From Nemertoderma westbladi (lineage: Eukaryota; Animalia; Xenacoelomorpha): DNA of 64,000 nt. A program made the translations under genes and the position numbers. Shown here one piece after another: positions 34,645 through 48,348 of the stretch (its first letter is position 1; every line of letters starts with the position of its first letter). The stretch is taken from contig JAUCBJ010008198.1 in assembly GCA_032718475.1 (NCBI GenBank), positions 60,151 through 124,150 of the forward strand, given 5' to 3'. Under the pieces are notes generated by a model. That model ran no database searches and was not told where the DNA came from. It saw only the letters and a program-made list of their open reading frames with translations.

Positions 34645-37600
34645 ATCATTACGGACAATATCGCTATCAGACTATTACGGACACTATCGCTATCGGACTA
34701 TTACGGACGATATCGCTATCGGACTATTATAATGATATCGCTATTGGACTATTACGGATGATATCGCTATCAGACTATTACGGACACTATCACTATCGGA
34801 CTATTACGGACGATATCGCTATCAGACTATTACGGACACTATCGCTAACGGATTATTACGATGATATCGCTATCGGACTATTACAGACGATATTGCTATC
34901 AGACTATTACGGACACTATCGCTATCGGACTATTACAGACGCTATCGCTATTGGACTATTACGGACGATATCGCTATCAGACTATTACGGACACTATCGC
35001 TATCGGACTATTATGGACGATATCGCTATCAGACTATTACGGACGATATCGCTATCAGACTATTACGGACACTATCGCTATCGGACTATTATGGACGATA
35101 TCGCTATCAGACTATTATGGACGATATCGCTATCAGACTATTACGGACGATATCGCTATCGGACTATTACGGACACTATCGCTATCAGACTATTACGGAC
35201 ACTATCACTATCAGACTATTACGGACGATATCGCTATCAGACTATTACGGACGATATCGCTATCAGACTATTACAGACACTATCGCTATCGGACTATTAT
35301 GGACGATATCGCTATCGGACTATTACGGACGATATCGCTATCAGACTATTACGGACGATATCGCTATCGGACTATTACGGACGATATCGCTATCAGACTA
35401 TTACGGACGATATCGCTATCAGACTATTACGGACGATATCGCTATCAGACTATTACGGACACTATCACTATCAGACTATTACGGACGATATCGCTATCAG
35501 ACTATTACGGACGATATCGCTATCAGACTATTACAGACACTATCGCTATCGGACTATTATGGACGATATCGCTATCGGACTATTACGGACGATATCGCTA
35601 TCAGACTATTACGGACGATATCGCTATCAGACTATTACAGACACTATCGCTATCGGACTATTATGGACGATATCGCTATCGGACTATTACGGACGATATC
35701 GCTATCAGACTATTACGGACGATATCGCTATCAGACTATTACGGACGATATCGCTATCAGACTATTACGGACGATATCGCTATCAGACTATTACAGACAC
35801 TATCGCTATCGGACTATTATAATGATATCGCTATCAGACTATTACGGACGATATCGCTATCAGACTATTACGGACGATATCGCTATCAGACTATTATGGA
35901 CACTATCACTATCAGACTATTACGGACGATATCGCTATCAGACTATTACGGATGATATCGCTATCAGACTATTACAGACACTATCGCTATCGGACTATTA
36001 TGGACGATATCGCTATCGGACTATTACGGACGATATCGCTATCAGACTATTACGGACGATATCGCTATCAGACTATTACGGACGATATCGCTATCAGACT
36101 ATTACGGACGATATCGCTATCAGACTATTACAGACACTATCGCTATCGGACTATTATGGACGATATCGCTATCGGACTATTACGGACGATATCGCTATCA
36201 GACTATTACGGACGATATCGCTATCAGACTATTACGGACGATATCGCTATCAGACTATTACGGACACTATCACTATCAGACTATTACGGACGATATCGCT
36301 ATCAGACTATTACGGACGATATCGCTATCAGACTATTACAGACACTATCGCTATCGGACTATTATGGACGATATCGCTATCGGACTATTACGGACGATAT
36401 CGCTATCAGACTATTACGGACGATATCGCTATCAGACTATTACGGACGATATCGCTATCAGACTATTACGGACGATATCGCTATCAGACTATTACGGACG
36501 ATATCGCTATCAGACTATTACGAACACTATCGCTATCGGACTATTACGAACACTATCGCTATCGGACTATCACTTGATGCTATCGTTATCAGACTATTAC
36601 GGACGATATCGCTATCAGACTATTACGGACACTATCGCTATCGGACTATTATGGACGATATCGCTATCAGACTATTACGGACGATATCGCTATCAGACTA
36701 TTACGGACGATATCGCTATCAGACTATTACGGACGATATCGCTATCAGACTATTATGGACGATATCGCTATCAGACTATTACGGACGATATCGCTATCAG
36801 ACTATTACGGACGATATCGCTATCAGACTATTACGGACGATATCGCTATCAGACTATTACGGACGATATCGCTATCAGACTATTACGGACGATATCGCTA
36901 TCAGACTATTACGGACGATATCGCTATCAGACTATTACGGACGATATCGCTATCAGACTATTACAGACAATATCGCTATCAGACTATTACGGACGATATC
37001 GCTATCAGACTATTACGGACGATATCGCTATCAGACTATTACGGACGATATCGCTATCAGACTATTATGGACGATATCGCTATCAGACTATTACGGACGA
37101 TATCGCTATCAGACTATTACGGACGATATCGCTATCAGACTATTACAGACACTATCGCTATCGGACTATTATGGACGATATCGCTATCAGACTATTACGG
37201 ATGATATCGTATCGGACTATTATGGACGATATCGCTATCGGACTATTACGGACGATATCGCTATCAGACTATTACGAACACTATCGCTATCGGACTATTA
37301 CGAACACTATCGCTATCGTACTATCACTTGATGCTATCGTTATCAGACTATTACGGACGATATCGCTATCAGACTATTACGAACACTATCACTATCGGAC
37401 TATTACGAACACTATCGCTATCGGACTATCACTTGATGCTATCGTTATCAGACTATTACGGACGATATCGCTATCAGACTATTACGGACACTATCGCTAT
37501 CGGACTATTATGGACAATATCGCTATCAGACTATTACGGACGATATCGCTATCAGACTATTACGGACGATATCGCTATCGGACTATTACGGACACTATCG

Positions 37601-40102
37601 CTATCGGACTATTATGGACGATATCGCTATCAGACTATTACGGATGATATCGTATCGGACTATTATGGACGATATCGCTATCAGACTATTATGGACGATA
37701 TCGCTATCAGACTATTACGGATGATATCGTATCGGACTATTATGGACGATATCGCTATCGGACTATTATGGACGATATCGCTATCGGACTATTATGGACG
37801 ATATCGCTATCAGACTATTACGGATGATATCGTATCGGACTATTATGGACGATATCGCTATCAGACTATTACGGATGATATCGTATCGGACTATTATGGA
37901 CGATATCGCTATCAGACTATTACGGATGATATCGTATCGGACTATTATGGACGATATCGCTATCGGACTATTATGGACGATATCGCTATCGGACTATTAT
38001 GGACGATATCGCTATCAGACTATTACGGATGATATCGTATCGGACTATTATGGACGATATCGCTATCGGACTATTATGGACGATATCGCTATCGGACTAT
38101 TATGGACGATATCGCTATCAGACTATTACGGATGATATCGTATCGGACTATTATGGACGATATCGCTATCAGACTATTACGGATGATATCGTATCGGACT
38201 ATTATGGACGATATCGCTATCGGACTATTATGGACGATATCGCTATCGGACTATTATGGACGATATCGCTATCAGACTATTACGGATGATATCGTATCGG
38301 ACTATTATGGACGATATCGCTATCAGACTATTATGGACGATATCGCTATCAGACTATTACGGACGATATCGCTATCAGACTATTATGGACGATATCGCTA
38401 TCAGACTATTATGGACGATATCGCTATCAGACTATTATGGACGATATCGCTATCAGACTATTATGGACGATATCGCTATCGGACTATTATGGACGATATC
38501 GCTATCAGACTATTATGGACGATATCGCTATCAGACTATTATGGACGATATCGCTATCGGACTATTATGGACGATATCGCTATCAGACTATTATGGACGA
38601 TATCGCTATCAGACTATTATGGACGATATCGCTATCGGACTATTATGGACGATATCGCTATCAGACTATTATGGACGATATCGCTATCAGACTATTACGG
38701 ATGATATCGTATCGGACTATTATGGACGATATCGCTATCAGACTATTATGGACGATATCGCTATCAGACTATTATGGACGATATCGCTATCGGACTATTA
38801 TGGACGATATCGCTATCAGACTATTATGGACGATATCGCTATCAGACTATTATGGATGATATCGTATCGGACTATTATGGACGATATCGCTATCAGACTA
38901 TTATGGACGATATCGCTATCAGACTATTATGGACGATATCGCTATCGGACTATTATGGACGATATCGCTATCAGACTATTATGGACGATATCGCTATCAG
39001 ACTATTACGGATGATATCGTATCGGACTATTATGGACGATATCGCTATCAGACTATTATGGACGATATCGCTATCAGACTATTATGGACGATATCGCTAT
39101 CAGACTATTATGGACGATATCGCTATCGGACTATTATGGACGATATCGCTATCAGACTATTACGGATGATATCGTATCGGACTATTATGGACGATATCGC
39201 TATCAGACTATTATGGACGATATCGCTATCAGACTATTATGGACGATATCGCTATCAGACTATTATGGACGATATCGCTATCGGACTATTATGGACGATA
39301 TCGCTATCAGACTATTACGGATGATATCGTATCGGACTATTATGGACGATATCGCTATCAGACTATTATGGACGATATCGCTATCAGACTATTATGGACG
39401 ATATCGCTATCGGACTATTATGGACGATATCGCTATCAGACTATTATGGACGATATCGCTATCGGACTATTATGGACGATATCGCTATCAGACTATTACG
39501 GATGATATCGTATCGGACTATTATGGACGATATCGCTATCAGACTATTATGGACGATATCGCTATCAGACTATTATGGACGATATCGCTATCGGCCTATT
39601 ATGGACGATATCGCTATCAGACTATTACGGATGATATCGTATCGGACTATTATGGACGATATCGCTATCAGACTATTACGGACGATATCGCTATCAGACT
39701 ATTATGGACGATATCGCTATCAGACTATTACGGATGATATCGTATCGGACTATTATGGACGATATCGCTATCAGACTATTATGGACGATATCGCTATCAG
39801 ACTATTATGGACGATATCGCTATCAGACTATTATGGACGATATCGCTATCAGACTATTATGGACGATATCGCTATCGGACTATTATGGACGATATCGCTA
39901 TCAGACTATTACGGATGATATCGTATCGGACTATTATGGACGATATCGCTATCAGACTATTACGGATGATATCGTATCGGACTATTATGGACGATATCGC
40001 TATCAGACTATTATGGACGATATCGCTATCAGACTATTATGGACGATATCGCTATCAGACTATTACGGACGATATCGCTATCGGACTATCACGGACGCTA
40101 TC
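34645..40102. repeat. 26-bp satellite (~210 units)
   Basis: Unit GGACGATATCGCTATCAGACTATTA(C/T); it is the source of all ORFs called between 34641 and 40123. Confidence 0.97.
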
Positions 40103-40793
40103 AAGGTGACATTCCAGCCGTAGGACTTCGACATAAAGACGTTATGGCCCTTTGGCTGGCAGTAAATTAATTGTATAAAAATAATGCAGTCCGTATTCTA
40201 AAAAAATAAACAGCTAAATGAGTACTGGAGTTTGCTCTGGGGAGTATAGTTCTGGGGGACCGCACTGGAAGTAAGTGAATTGGAGTTGACCTCTTAATGC
40301 AAATGTATTGTAATTAATGATGTAATATTATGTTTTTGTTCAGAAATTTAGGAAGCACGTCACAGGGGGTTGAACCAGGGCGACAGAACTTAAGTTGCAT
40401 ATCATATCTCTAACAGCGGATCTACTGTACTAGTACTGGAAATAAGTCGAAATCAGACTTTGTGCCCTATCCCTGAGCTGACGGCTGAAGAAAATTATTT
40501 TACTTTACTTTACATAGGAACCCGGAATAAAAAGACAAGTCCAAAATATCCTCACCCTTTCCCTGTGTAACAAACCTTCTCACTACGACTACCGCCAACA
40601 ATGACATGTTAGAGGCACAACAATGAATTACTGAGTTGTATAATTTTACCACGCGAATATAATAATAGAATGTGGAAGTACGATGATGTGTATTGAGAAG
40701 GAATAATTAAACGGAAGAAGAGTCAAACGGAGGGGGCGGGGGGGGGGGGGGGGAGATACGTTTCATCATAGCATCTTTTCTTAAATGCATATG

Positions 40794-42386
40794 TTACGGC
40801 TCATCAGATGCAAGTACAGGATCTGTAGTCTGATCAGATGCGAGATCTTTGGGCCCATCAGATGCGAGATCATTGGGCACATCAGATGTGAGATCTTTGG
40901 TCTCATCAGATACGAGGTCTTTGGCCCCATCAGATACGAGGTCTTTGCTTGTCGGACGCGGATTTCCATTGATATATTCCGTATACTCTGGCGTTGTTAA
41001 ATCTGGAGATGCGGCCGTATCATCTTTACCAATCAATGTCCTTGACTTTCTATCCAACTTAGAATTGTCCCCAGCTAGCGATATCGAAGTAGAAATTGGA
41101 TCAGCCCAAGTTTTTCGTCGCTGCGATTCCATAAGCTCATTACTCTTCCCTTTGGATTCGCTGCCGGCCCAAGTAGCCCGTCTGGTACCTTCTAAGCACT
41201 CAGAGTGAAAGCTTGCGAGAGGCTGTTTAGTACCGGTGGTCTGTAACTTGTCTTCGGACCTGGATAAGTTATGCAATGATAGATAGGGTCTCCATGTATT
41301 TCGCCTCGACTTATCCCTTTTACCAGCTCGTTTGTCAGTTCCATGTTCACTGATTCCCCCACCCTGTTCAGCATTAGCCGCATCTGATATTGATGATTTC
41401 GAATGATGTTTTCGATCTTTTGAAAATTTAGCAGCCAGACCGGGGTTGTATATCCAACTGCGTGATATAACCGGCTGCCAGGTACTGGACTTACCAGATG
41501 GTCTCCCCTTTGGAGGTTCGACACCGGCATTGTCTTCCACGCAAGGTTTAGGAACAAAAATCCGCCAATCATAATCAGAAAGTCGCGCTACTTGGGGTTT
41601 CCATGGGTTTCGTTCGAACCGTTTTTGCCTGGAACTAGCGCTCATGATACTACGCCGAGCGGACCTTGAGCTCGTGGTGATACTACCCTCTCCATATTGG
41701 CCCGACTCAAGAAACGCTTCAGGGTCACGCTTGCTAGCCACCGAATCCAACCTAACCCGAGGATAAGCAGCCGAGGTGGTGGTGGTGGTGTCTCCGTTGA
41801 TGGACTTTGAATCAATTCTACGAAACCGAAACTCTGTGGATGCACTTCGACCCACAGATGAACGGGATGTTATGATCTTTCCATTGGTCAAGTCTTGGTT
41901 GTCTCTGCTCTTAACAGAAAAAGGTTCTCTGCTCTTAACAGAAAAAGGTTCTTTACTCTTAACAGAAAAAGGTTCTTTACTCTTAACAGAAAAAGGTTCT
42001 TTGCTATTCACCAACAATGGTTCTTTGCTTTTCATCGACAAAGGTTCTTTGCTTTTCACCGAGAACAGTTCTTTGCTTTTCACCGACAATGGTTCTTTGC
42101 TTTTCACCGACAATGGTTCTTTGCTTTTCACCGACAAAGGTTCTTTGCTTTTCACTGAGAAAGGTTCTTTGCTTTTAACCGACAGAGATCCATTGCTTTT
42201 CATTGACAATGATCCATTGCTTTTCACCGAAAAAGGTTCTTTGCTTTTCACCGATAATGGTTCTTTGATTTTCACCGATAATGGTTCTTTGCTTTTCACA
42301 GACAAAGGCTCTTTGCTTTTTACAGAGACAATGTCTTTACTTTTTATAGATAAGGAATCTTTGCTCTTTACCGTATTAGTGTCCAT
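40794..42386 (-). CDS. Uncharacterised Ser/Lys/Arg-rich, probably disordered protein with 8-aa repeats
   Basis: ~1.6-kb open frame, about 900 bp of it non-repetitive. N-terminal SVKSKEP(L/F) repeats and C-terminal DLxSDxxK repeats. First in-frame ATG is at 42386 (the track start is GTG). No family recognised. Confidence 0.55.
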   Translation of the reverse strand: MDTNTVKSKDSLSIKSKDIVSVKSKEPLSVKSKEPLSVKIKEPLSVKSKEPFSVKSNGSLSMKSNGSLSVKSKEPFSVKSKEPLSVKSKEPLSVKSKEPLSVKSKELFSVKSKEPLSMKSKEPLLVNSKEPFSVKSKEPFSVKSKEPFSVKSREPFSVKSRDNQDLTNGKIITSRSSVGRSASTEFRFRRIDSKSINGDTTTTTSAAYPRVRLDSVASKRDPEAFLESGQYGEGSITTSSRSARRSIMSASSRQKRFERNPWKPQVARLSDYDWRIFVPKPCVEDNAGVEPPKGRPSGKSSTWQPVISRSWIYNPGLAAKFSKDRKHHSKSSISDAANAEQGGGISEHGTDKRAGKRDKSRRNTWRPYLSLHNLSRSEDKLQTTGTKQPLASFHSECLEGTRRATWAGSESKGKSNELMESQRRKTWADPISTSISLAGDNSKLDRKSRTLIGKDDTAASPDLTTPEYTEYINGNPRPTSKDLVSDGAKDLVSDETKDLTSDVPNDLASDGPKDLASDQTTDPVLASDEP

Positions 42387-42977
42387 TTTAACTCCGTTGT
42401 GATGCGTCGCTTTTAGCACAGAATCGGCATCCTTTGATGTTTATTGCGGATCTCGACATATTCAAATTGTAGAAGGTGCTGCAAGATGTTACATATTAGA
42501 ACATTTGGCAATGATTGACGGCAAAAATTAATGACGGTTTTTTAGATAAAAACCATCATCCAAGAAAATCGACAAAAAGTATTGTAACCTATTGTAGCTA
42601 ACTACATACGACACACACTTCTACATAACGATTATAAAAAGTAATTATAATACAAAACAATGTTCTAGAACTTAATCACAATAAGAACGACATTATTAAT
42701 TATTCATCAATTTTACCAACATCTACCATCTGGCACTAGGCACTAGTGTGTTTTTTGCACAACCCCACCAAAATTTTAATGCTAAATAGTTTTTGCAAAT
42801 ATTTTTGAAAATATTCTGAAAACTATTATTATATCTATTAATTGTTAAAAAATGATTCTCTAGAACATATTTTCCTATGAAGAGAATTTTACAAAAATCA
42901 TGATTGATTACATTATATTAGAATTCGTTCACTATATCAATGTAATTTATTTACCATGCGCCAGCGTGGAAAAAATG

Positions 42978-43109
42978 TTCCACTTGTTTTACCCATCTTA
43001 TACGTAATTTGATTCTTAAATTGTACTTTACGTTACACCATAATTATGGTGTAACGTAAAGTACAATTTAAGAATAAAATTACGTATAAGATGGGTAAAA
43101 CAAGTGGAA
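42978..43109. other. 132-bp spacer-less palindrome
   Basis: 66-bp arms centred at 43043/43044 (CATAA|TTATG), one mismatch. Confidence 0.95.
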
Positions 43110-43120
43110 GGGTTATATAA

Positions 43121-43585
43121 CCCTTAATACAACAACCATTTTTGGGGGGTCGGAGCCCCCCCCCCCCCCCCCTAATTTTTTTCAAATTTCAATAAAATGC
43201 TACAAAATTTGGTATGATGATGATCGACACCTTTTCTTACTGGTGGCCTGACAGGATTTTTCAATTTCTCAGTTATTTCCATACAACAATCCCTTAAAAA
43301 TGTATATTTAGCAATGTTTAACCACCTCCGTAGACTTTATTTTACGTCTTTGGGATGTAATCTAGATATCATTCGAAGCGCCTTCGTCTGTAGATTCAGA
43401 ATCTGAAAACCGTTTTAAATTTAACCAAAAATTGGTAAAGATATTATCAAAATACTAATGTGTAAATTTAGAAACGTAAATCGCTATAATTCTGATTACT
43501 GGTAATTTGATAACTGATTTGAAAAAAATTAGGGGGGGGGGGGGGGGGGGCTCCGACCCCCTAAAAATGGTTGTTGTATTAAGGG
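43121..43585. mobile_element. Non-autonomous TIR element with piggyBac-like CCC..GGG ends
   Basis: TIR CCCTTAATACAACAACCATTTTT(G/A)GGGGGTCGGAG(C)nTAATTTTTT at both ends; flanks ATAA/TTAT (imperfect TTAA). Confidence 0.75.
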
Positions 43586-43675
43586 TTATGGTGTATATAA
43601 ATACAATCCCAAAGCAGTAGTTCAGTATAATTGATGCATTGTATAATATGTGTGTATAATACAGAAGATGGGTCC

Positions 43676-45957
43676 TTTCAGGTCCTGGCGCTTTAGGTCC
43701 TCGTTAGGTCCTGGTAGCGTCAGGTCCGTGGCGTTAGGTCCTGGAAACGTTAGGGCAGTGGCGTTAGGTCCTGGCAGCGTCAGGTCCGTGGCGTTAGGTC
43801 CTGGTAGCATTAGGTCCGTGGCGCTAGGTCCTGGTAGCATTAGGTTCGTGGCGTTAGGTCCTGGTAGCATTAGGTCCGTGGCGCTAGGTCCTGGTAGCAT
43901 TAGGTTCGTGGCGTTAGGTCCTGGTAGCATTACGTCCGTGGCGTTAGGTCCTGGTAGCTTTAGGTCCGTGGCGTTAGGTCCTGTTAGCGTTAGGTCCGTG
44001 GCGTTAGGTCCTGTTAGCGTTAGGTACGTGGCTTTAGGTCCTGGTAGCTTTAGGTCCGTGGCGTTAGGTCCTGGTAGCTTTAGGTCCTGCTAGCTTTAGG
44101 TCCGTGCGTTAGGTCCTGGTAGCTTTAGGGCCGTGGCGTTAGGTCCTGGTAGCTTTAGGTCCGTGGCGTTAGGTCCAGGTAGCTTTAGGTCCTGGTAGTA
44201 TTAGGTCCGTGGCGTTAGGTCCTGGTAGCTTTAGGTCCGTGCGTTAGGTCCTGGTAGATTTAGGTCCGTGGCTTTAGGTCCAGGTAGCTTTACGTCCGTG
44301 GCGTTAGGTCCTGGTAGCTTTAGGTCCGTGTCGTTAGGTCCAGGTAGCTTTAGGTCCTGGTAGCTTGAGGTCCGTGGCGTTAGGTCCTGGTAGCTTTAGG
44401 TCCGTGGCGTTAGGTTCAGGTAGTTTTAGGTCATGGTAGCTTTGGGTCCGTGGCGTTAGGTCCTGGTGGCTTTAGGTCCGTGGCATCAGGTCCTGGTAGC
44501 TTTAGGTCCGTGGCATTAGGTCCTGGTAGCTTTAGGTCCGTGGCGTTAGGTCCTGGTAGTAGCTTTAGGTCCGTGGCGTTAGGTCCAGGTAGTTTTAGGT
44601 CCTGGTAGCTTTAGGTCCGTGGCGTTAGGTCCTGGTAGTTTTAGGTCCTGGTAGCTTTAGGTCCGTGGCGTTAGATCCAGGTAGTTTTAGGTCCTGGTAG
44701 CTTTAGGTCCGTGGCGTTAGATCCAGGTAGTTTTAGGTCCTGGTAGCTTTAGGTCCATGGCGTTAGGTCCTGGTAGCTTTAGGTCCGTTGCGTGGCATTA
44801 GGTCCTGGTAGTTTTAGGTCCTGGTAGCTTTAGGTCCGTGGCGTTAGATCCAGGTAGTTTTAGGTCCTGGTAGCTTTAGGTCCATGGCGTTAGGTCCTGG
44901 TAGCTTTAGGTCCGGTGCGTGGCATTAGGTCCAGGTAGTTTTAGGTCCTGGTAGCTTTAGGTCCGTGGCGTTAGATCCAGGTAGTTTTAGGTCCTGGTAG
45001 CTTTAGGTCCATGGCGTTAGGTCCTGGTAGCTTTAGGTCCGTTGCGTGGCATTAGGTCCTGGTAGCATTAGGTCCGTGGCATTATGTCCTGGTAGCATTA
45101 GGTCCGTGGGGTTAGGTCCTGGTAGCTTTAGGTTCGTGGCGTTAGGTCCTGGTAGCATTAGGTCCGTGGCGTTAGGTCCTGGTAGCTTTAGGTCCGTTGC
45201 GTGGCATTAGGTCCTGGTAGCATTAGGTCCGTGGCATGAGGTCCTGGTAGCATTAGGTCCGTGGCGTTAGGTCATGGTAGCTTTAGGTCCGTGGCGTTAG
45301 GTCCTGGTAGCATTAGGTCCGTGGCGTTAGGTCCTGGTAGCTTTAGGTCCGTTGCGTGGCATTAGGTCATGGTAGCATTAGGTCCGTGGCATTATGTCCT
45401 GGTTGCATTAGGTCCGTGGGGTTAGGTCCTGGTAGCTTTAGGTTCGTGGTGTTAGGTCCTGGTAGCATTAGGTCCGTGGCGTTAGGTCCTGGTAGCTTTA
45501 GGTCCGTTGCGTGGCATAGGTCCTGGTAGCATTAGGTCCATGGAATAAGGTCCTGGTAGCATTAGGTCCGTGGCGTTAGGTCCTGGTAGCTTTAGGTCCG
45601 TGGCGTTAGGTCCTGGTAGCATTAGGTCCGTGGCGTTAGGTCCTGGTAGCTTTAGGTCCGTGGCGTTAGGTCCTGGTAGCATTAGGTCCGCGGCGTTAGG
45701 TCCTGGTAGCTTTAGGTCCGTGGCGTTAGGTCCTGGTAGCATTAGGTCCGTGGCGTTAGGTCCTGGTAGCTTTAGGTCCTGGTAGCATTATGTCCGTGGC
45801 GTTAGGTCCTGGTAGCATTAGGTCCGTGGCGTTAGGTCCGGGTAGCATTAGGTCCGTGGCGTTAGGTCCTGGTAGCATTAGGTCCGTGGCGTTAGGTCCT
45901 GGTAACATTAGGTCCGTGCGTTAGGTCCTGGTAGCTTTAGGTCCGTGGCATTAGGTC
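43676..45957. repeat. 30-bp satellite made of 16+14-bp TTAGGTCC subunits
   Basis: TTAGGTCCTGGTAGC(T/A) + TTAGGTCCGTGGCG, with irregular subunit order in the middle. Confidence 0.93.
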
Positions 45958-46323
45958 AGTAGGTCCAGTCTGCCTCCAAAACCAGGCAGGTTAGTAAAGG
46001 AGCAGGTTACAGAGGCGAGTTGAAAGGTATCAAAACAATAAACGAGAGTTAGGAATATTGTAGAATAGAAAACCAGTCAGATGTACTGTATGCTACATGA
46101 CCTAATGCGTTAGGACCTAACTTACACCCCATACCGATTTGAACCTAACCCTACATTACCTCAAAAAACACTTCTAATGACACATCTGCACAAAATATTT
46201 CTATCTTCGAATAAAATATGTGGAATGTTTTACGGAGGGTCAGAATTCAGTTAGCGTAAATATATATATGGCATAGCATATCCGGTTAGTTACGATTGTT
46301 ACCGGTGTCCTAAGCGAATCTTC

Positions 46324-46905
46324 CCCAGTGAAAAGTGCGCAAGCGTATCGCAAGCGTGCAACGCAGGCGTATCTGATGTTATTCCCAAGAGTTATGGCCC
46401 GACCTTTACGCAAGCGATCTACTTGCGTTAAGTCGCATAACACTCACATGCGATTCACTTGCGACTTTCAAGCGTCATGACGCATAAATATCACAAAAAT
46501 CTACTGGTTGTGATTTTTGTGTAATATATTGAGACCTTGTGACAGAAAATATGATACAGTAGTTGATTATTCCAATATATTAATATAATTACTGAATTCG
46601 ACAGCCATATTAGATAATTCATAATCATAAATTTTATATTTTAAAACTATTTATTTCTTGATAGGCAACTTTATTTTAATTAATAATCTTTAGTGTAATT
46701 AAAAACATGCGATTCACATGGGAATTAACTCATGAGATTCCCATGGTGTAAAACATGCGTAAAATAAGTTGTGAATCGCATGCGTGGAATCGGTTCCCTA
46801 TTTTACATGTGAATCACAAGAGTTTTATCGCTATTTAGTGAGCCGCAATAAAAACGCATGACGCTTTAAAATCACTTGCGATGCGCATGCGCATTTTTCA
46901 CTGGG
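46324..46905. mobile_element. MITE with ~33-bp TIRs and 3-bp TSD
   Basis: TTC|CCCAGTGAAAAGTGCGCAAGCGTATCGCAAG ... CTTGCGATGCGCATGCGCATTTTTCACTGGG|TTC. Confidence 0.8.
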
Positions 46906-47317
46906 TTCCCCCCGCGCGGAGTGCCCCCTCCCTATAGACTTACAGTATATTATTAATACTGTAGTAAGCCTAGTATAGCGTACCGTACAGCACTTTAACA
47001 TTACCTTGGATGCACTTTATTGGTATATTCTTTTGGTTAGGCCCAAACCATAATTAAAACTGTCATGTAACCCTGGTCCTAAGACATGAAGCTCTAATCT
47101 AAGAAATCCCCCCCCCCCCCACCCCCCAGACAAACAAATATTTTATGTCATAAATTCACAAAATGTCAGAGCAAGCACGACCCCCCCCCCCCCCCCCCCC
47201 CCCCACACACACACACAAGTGCGTGACGTACTTTATGAACTCGCCATAGTGTCGCATGTTAGTTTTAACAGCTGTCCTATAGACAGTGAGATGTAATCTT
47301 TAATTTCAACCACTAAC

Positions 47318-47532
47318 TTTTTGCTTTTTATCTTTTTCTCCCGACGGAACTTTGCCTCCTGGTAACTCTGCAACGCTCTGCACTTTTGCACTTCTTCCCT
47401 TCTCAACTTCGCCTCTCCGACACTCATTGCCGCTAGAATCTCTTCTTCAGCAACAGTCAGTCCTGTTGGGCCTTCAACGCATTTGGAAGCCCCAAGAAGC
47501 GAAAATATTTCTTCTTCTAAAGGGGTACTTGG
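47318..47532 (-). CDS. UTP14: UTP14 (U3 snoRNA-associated protein 14) internal exon, 215 bp
   Basis: Acceptor TTTTATTTGCGCAG, donor GTTAGT. Encodes PSTPLEEEIFSLL..AMSVGEAKLRREEVQKCRALQSYQEAKFRREKKIKSK, matching the conserved UTP14 block (TPLEQEIF..MSLEEAK.RR.ELQ..RALQSY.EAK.RREKKIKSKK). Confidence 0.88.
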
Positions 47533-47852
47533 CTGCGCAAATAAAATTTAATATATCATGCAGATGTAATCAAATCATCATTTAATAAGTTCACAGATAT
47601 GCTAAATGCTTCAGCATATTAATTTATTTTATCTATTCCATTTGGCAATAGTTTCTATTTGTGTTTCACACTTAGCCCGCCAGGGGGTGTACATTTAATA
47701 AATAACCATTGCCCTACCGGTACAGCAGAACCACAAGCACCACCACGTTGGATGCAAATCAGTTATCGGCCACGTGTTTCAGACTTAGCGGATTAAAGGC
47801 AAAGAAATTGGAAGAAATTTAATGGTTATGGTTAGTCATGTAGCCAACTAAC

Positions 47853-48237
47853 GGGACGCTGCTAAACTTATGGCATCTGAAAGTCTCTCAAAAATTAACT
47901 TTTCGGTCCCAGTAGTTCCTATATAAACCTATGTAAATCTTTAATATTACATAATTACAAATAAATGGTGTTTAACTGCAGCAAATAAAATCACAAAATA
48001 CATTAGAAACAGCTAATCGGTTCAAGTCAGTAACTTTATTTTCCTCTCATCAACTTCTTCCAAAGTCAACGTCTTTAGCGCCTATAAATGTCCAACTCAA
48101 CAGCTTTAAAACCGACAAAGTTATTGCTTATTAGCATGCCAAAAAGCAAAACAATAAGACATTTACTGATTTTATGATAACATAGGGCTGTGCCACGCTT
48201 TTCTACAGGGTGATGCTCGGTTTCAGCAGCGTCCCAT
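47853..48237. mobile_element. Possible MITE in the UTP14 intron
   Basis: GGGACGCTGCTAAAC ... GTTTCAGCAGCGTCCC inverted ends. Confidence 0.4.
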
Positions 48238-48348
48238 ACTGTAATTTATTATTGTTAATCACAGGATTTGTTGCTAACAACAAATCTACATTTGCAGCAT
48301 ATTCCTTACTTGACAAAAATTTTTTATTTGTACCGACTAGCGACTAAC

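Noticed and set aside
34641-40123. About 20 overlapping ORFs (SDYYGRYRYQT..)
   Set aside because: Stop-free frames of a 26-bp satellite.
43676-45957. Telomeric (TTAGG)n repeat
   Set aside because: TTAGG occurs only as part of 14-16-bp subunits, not as a pure tandem run.
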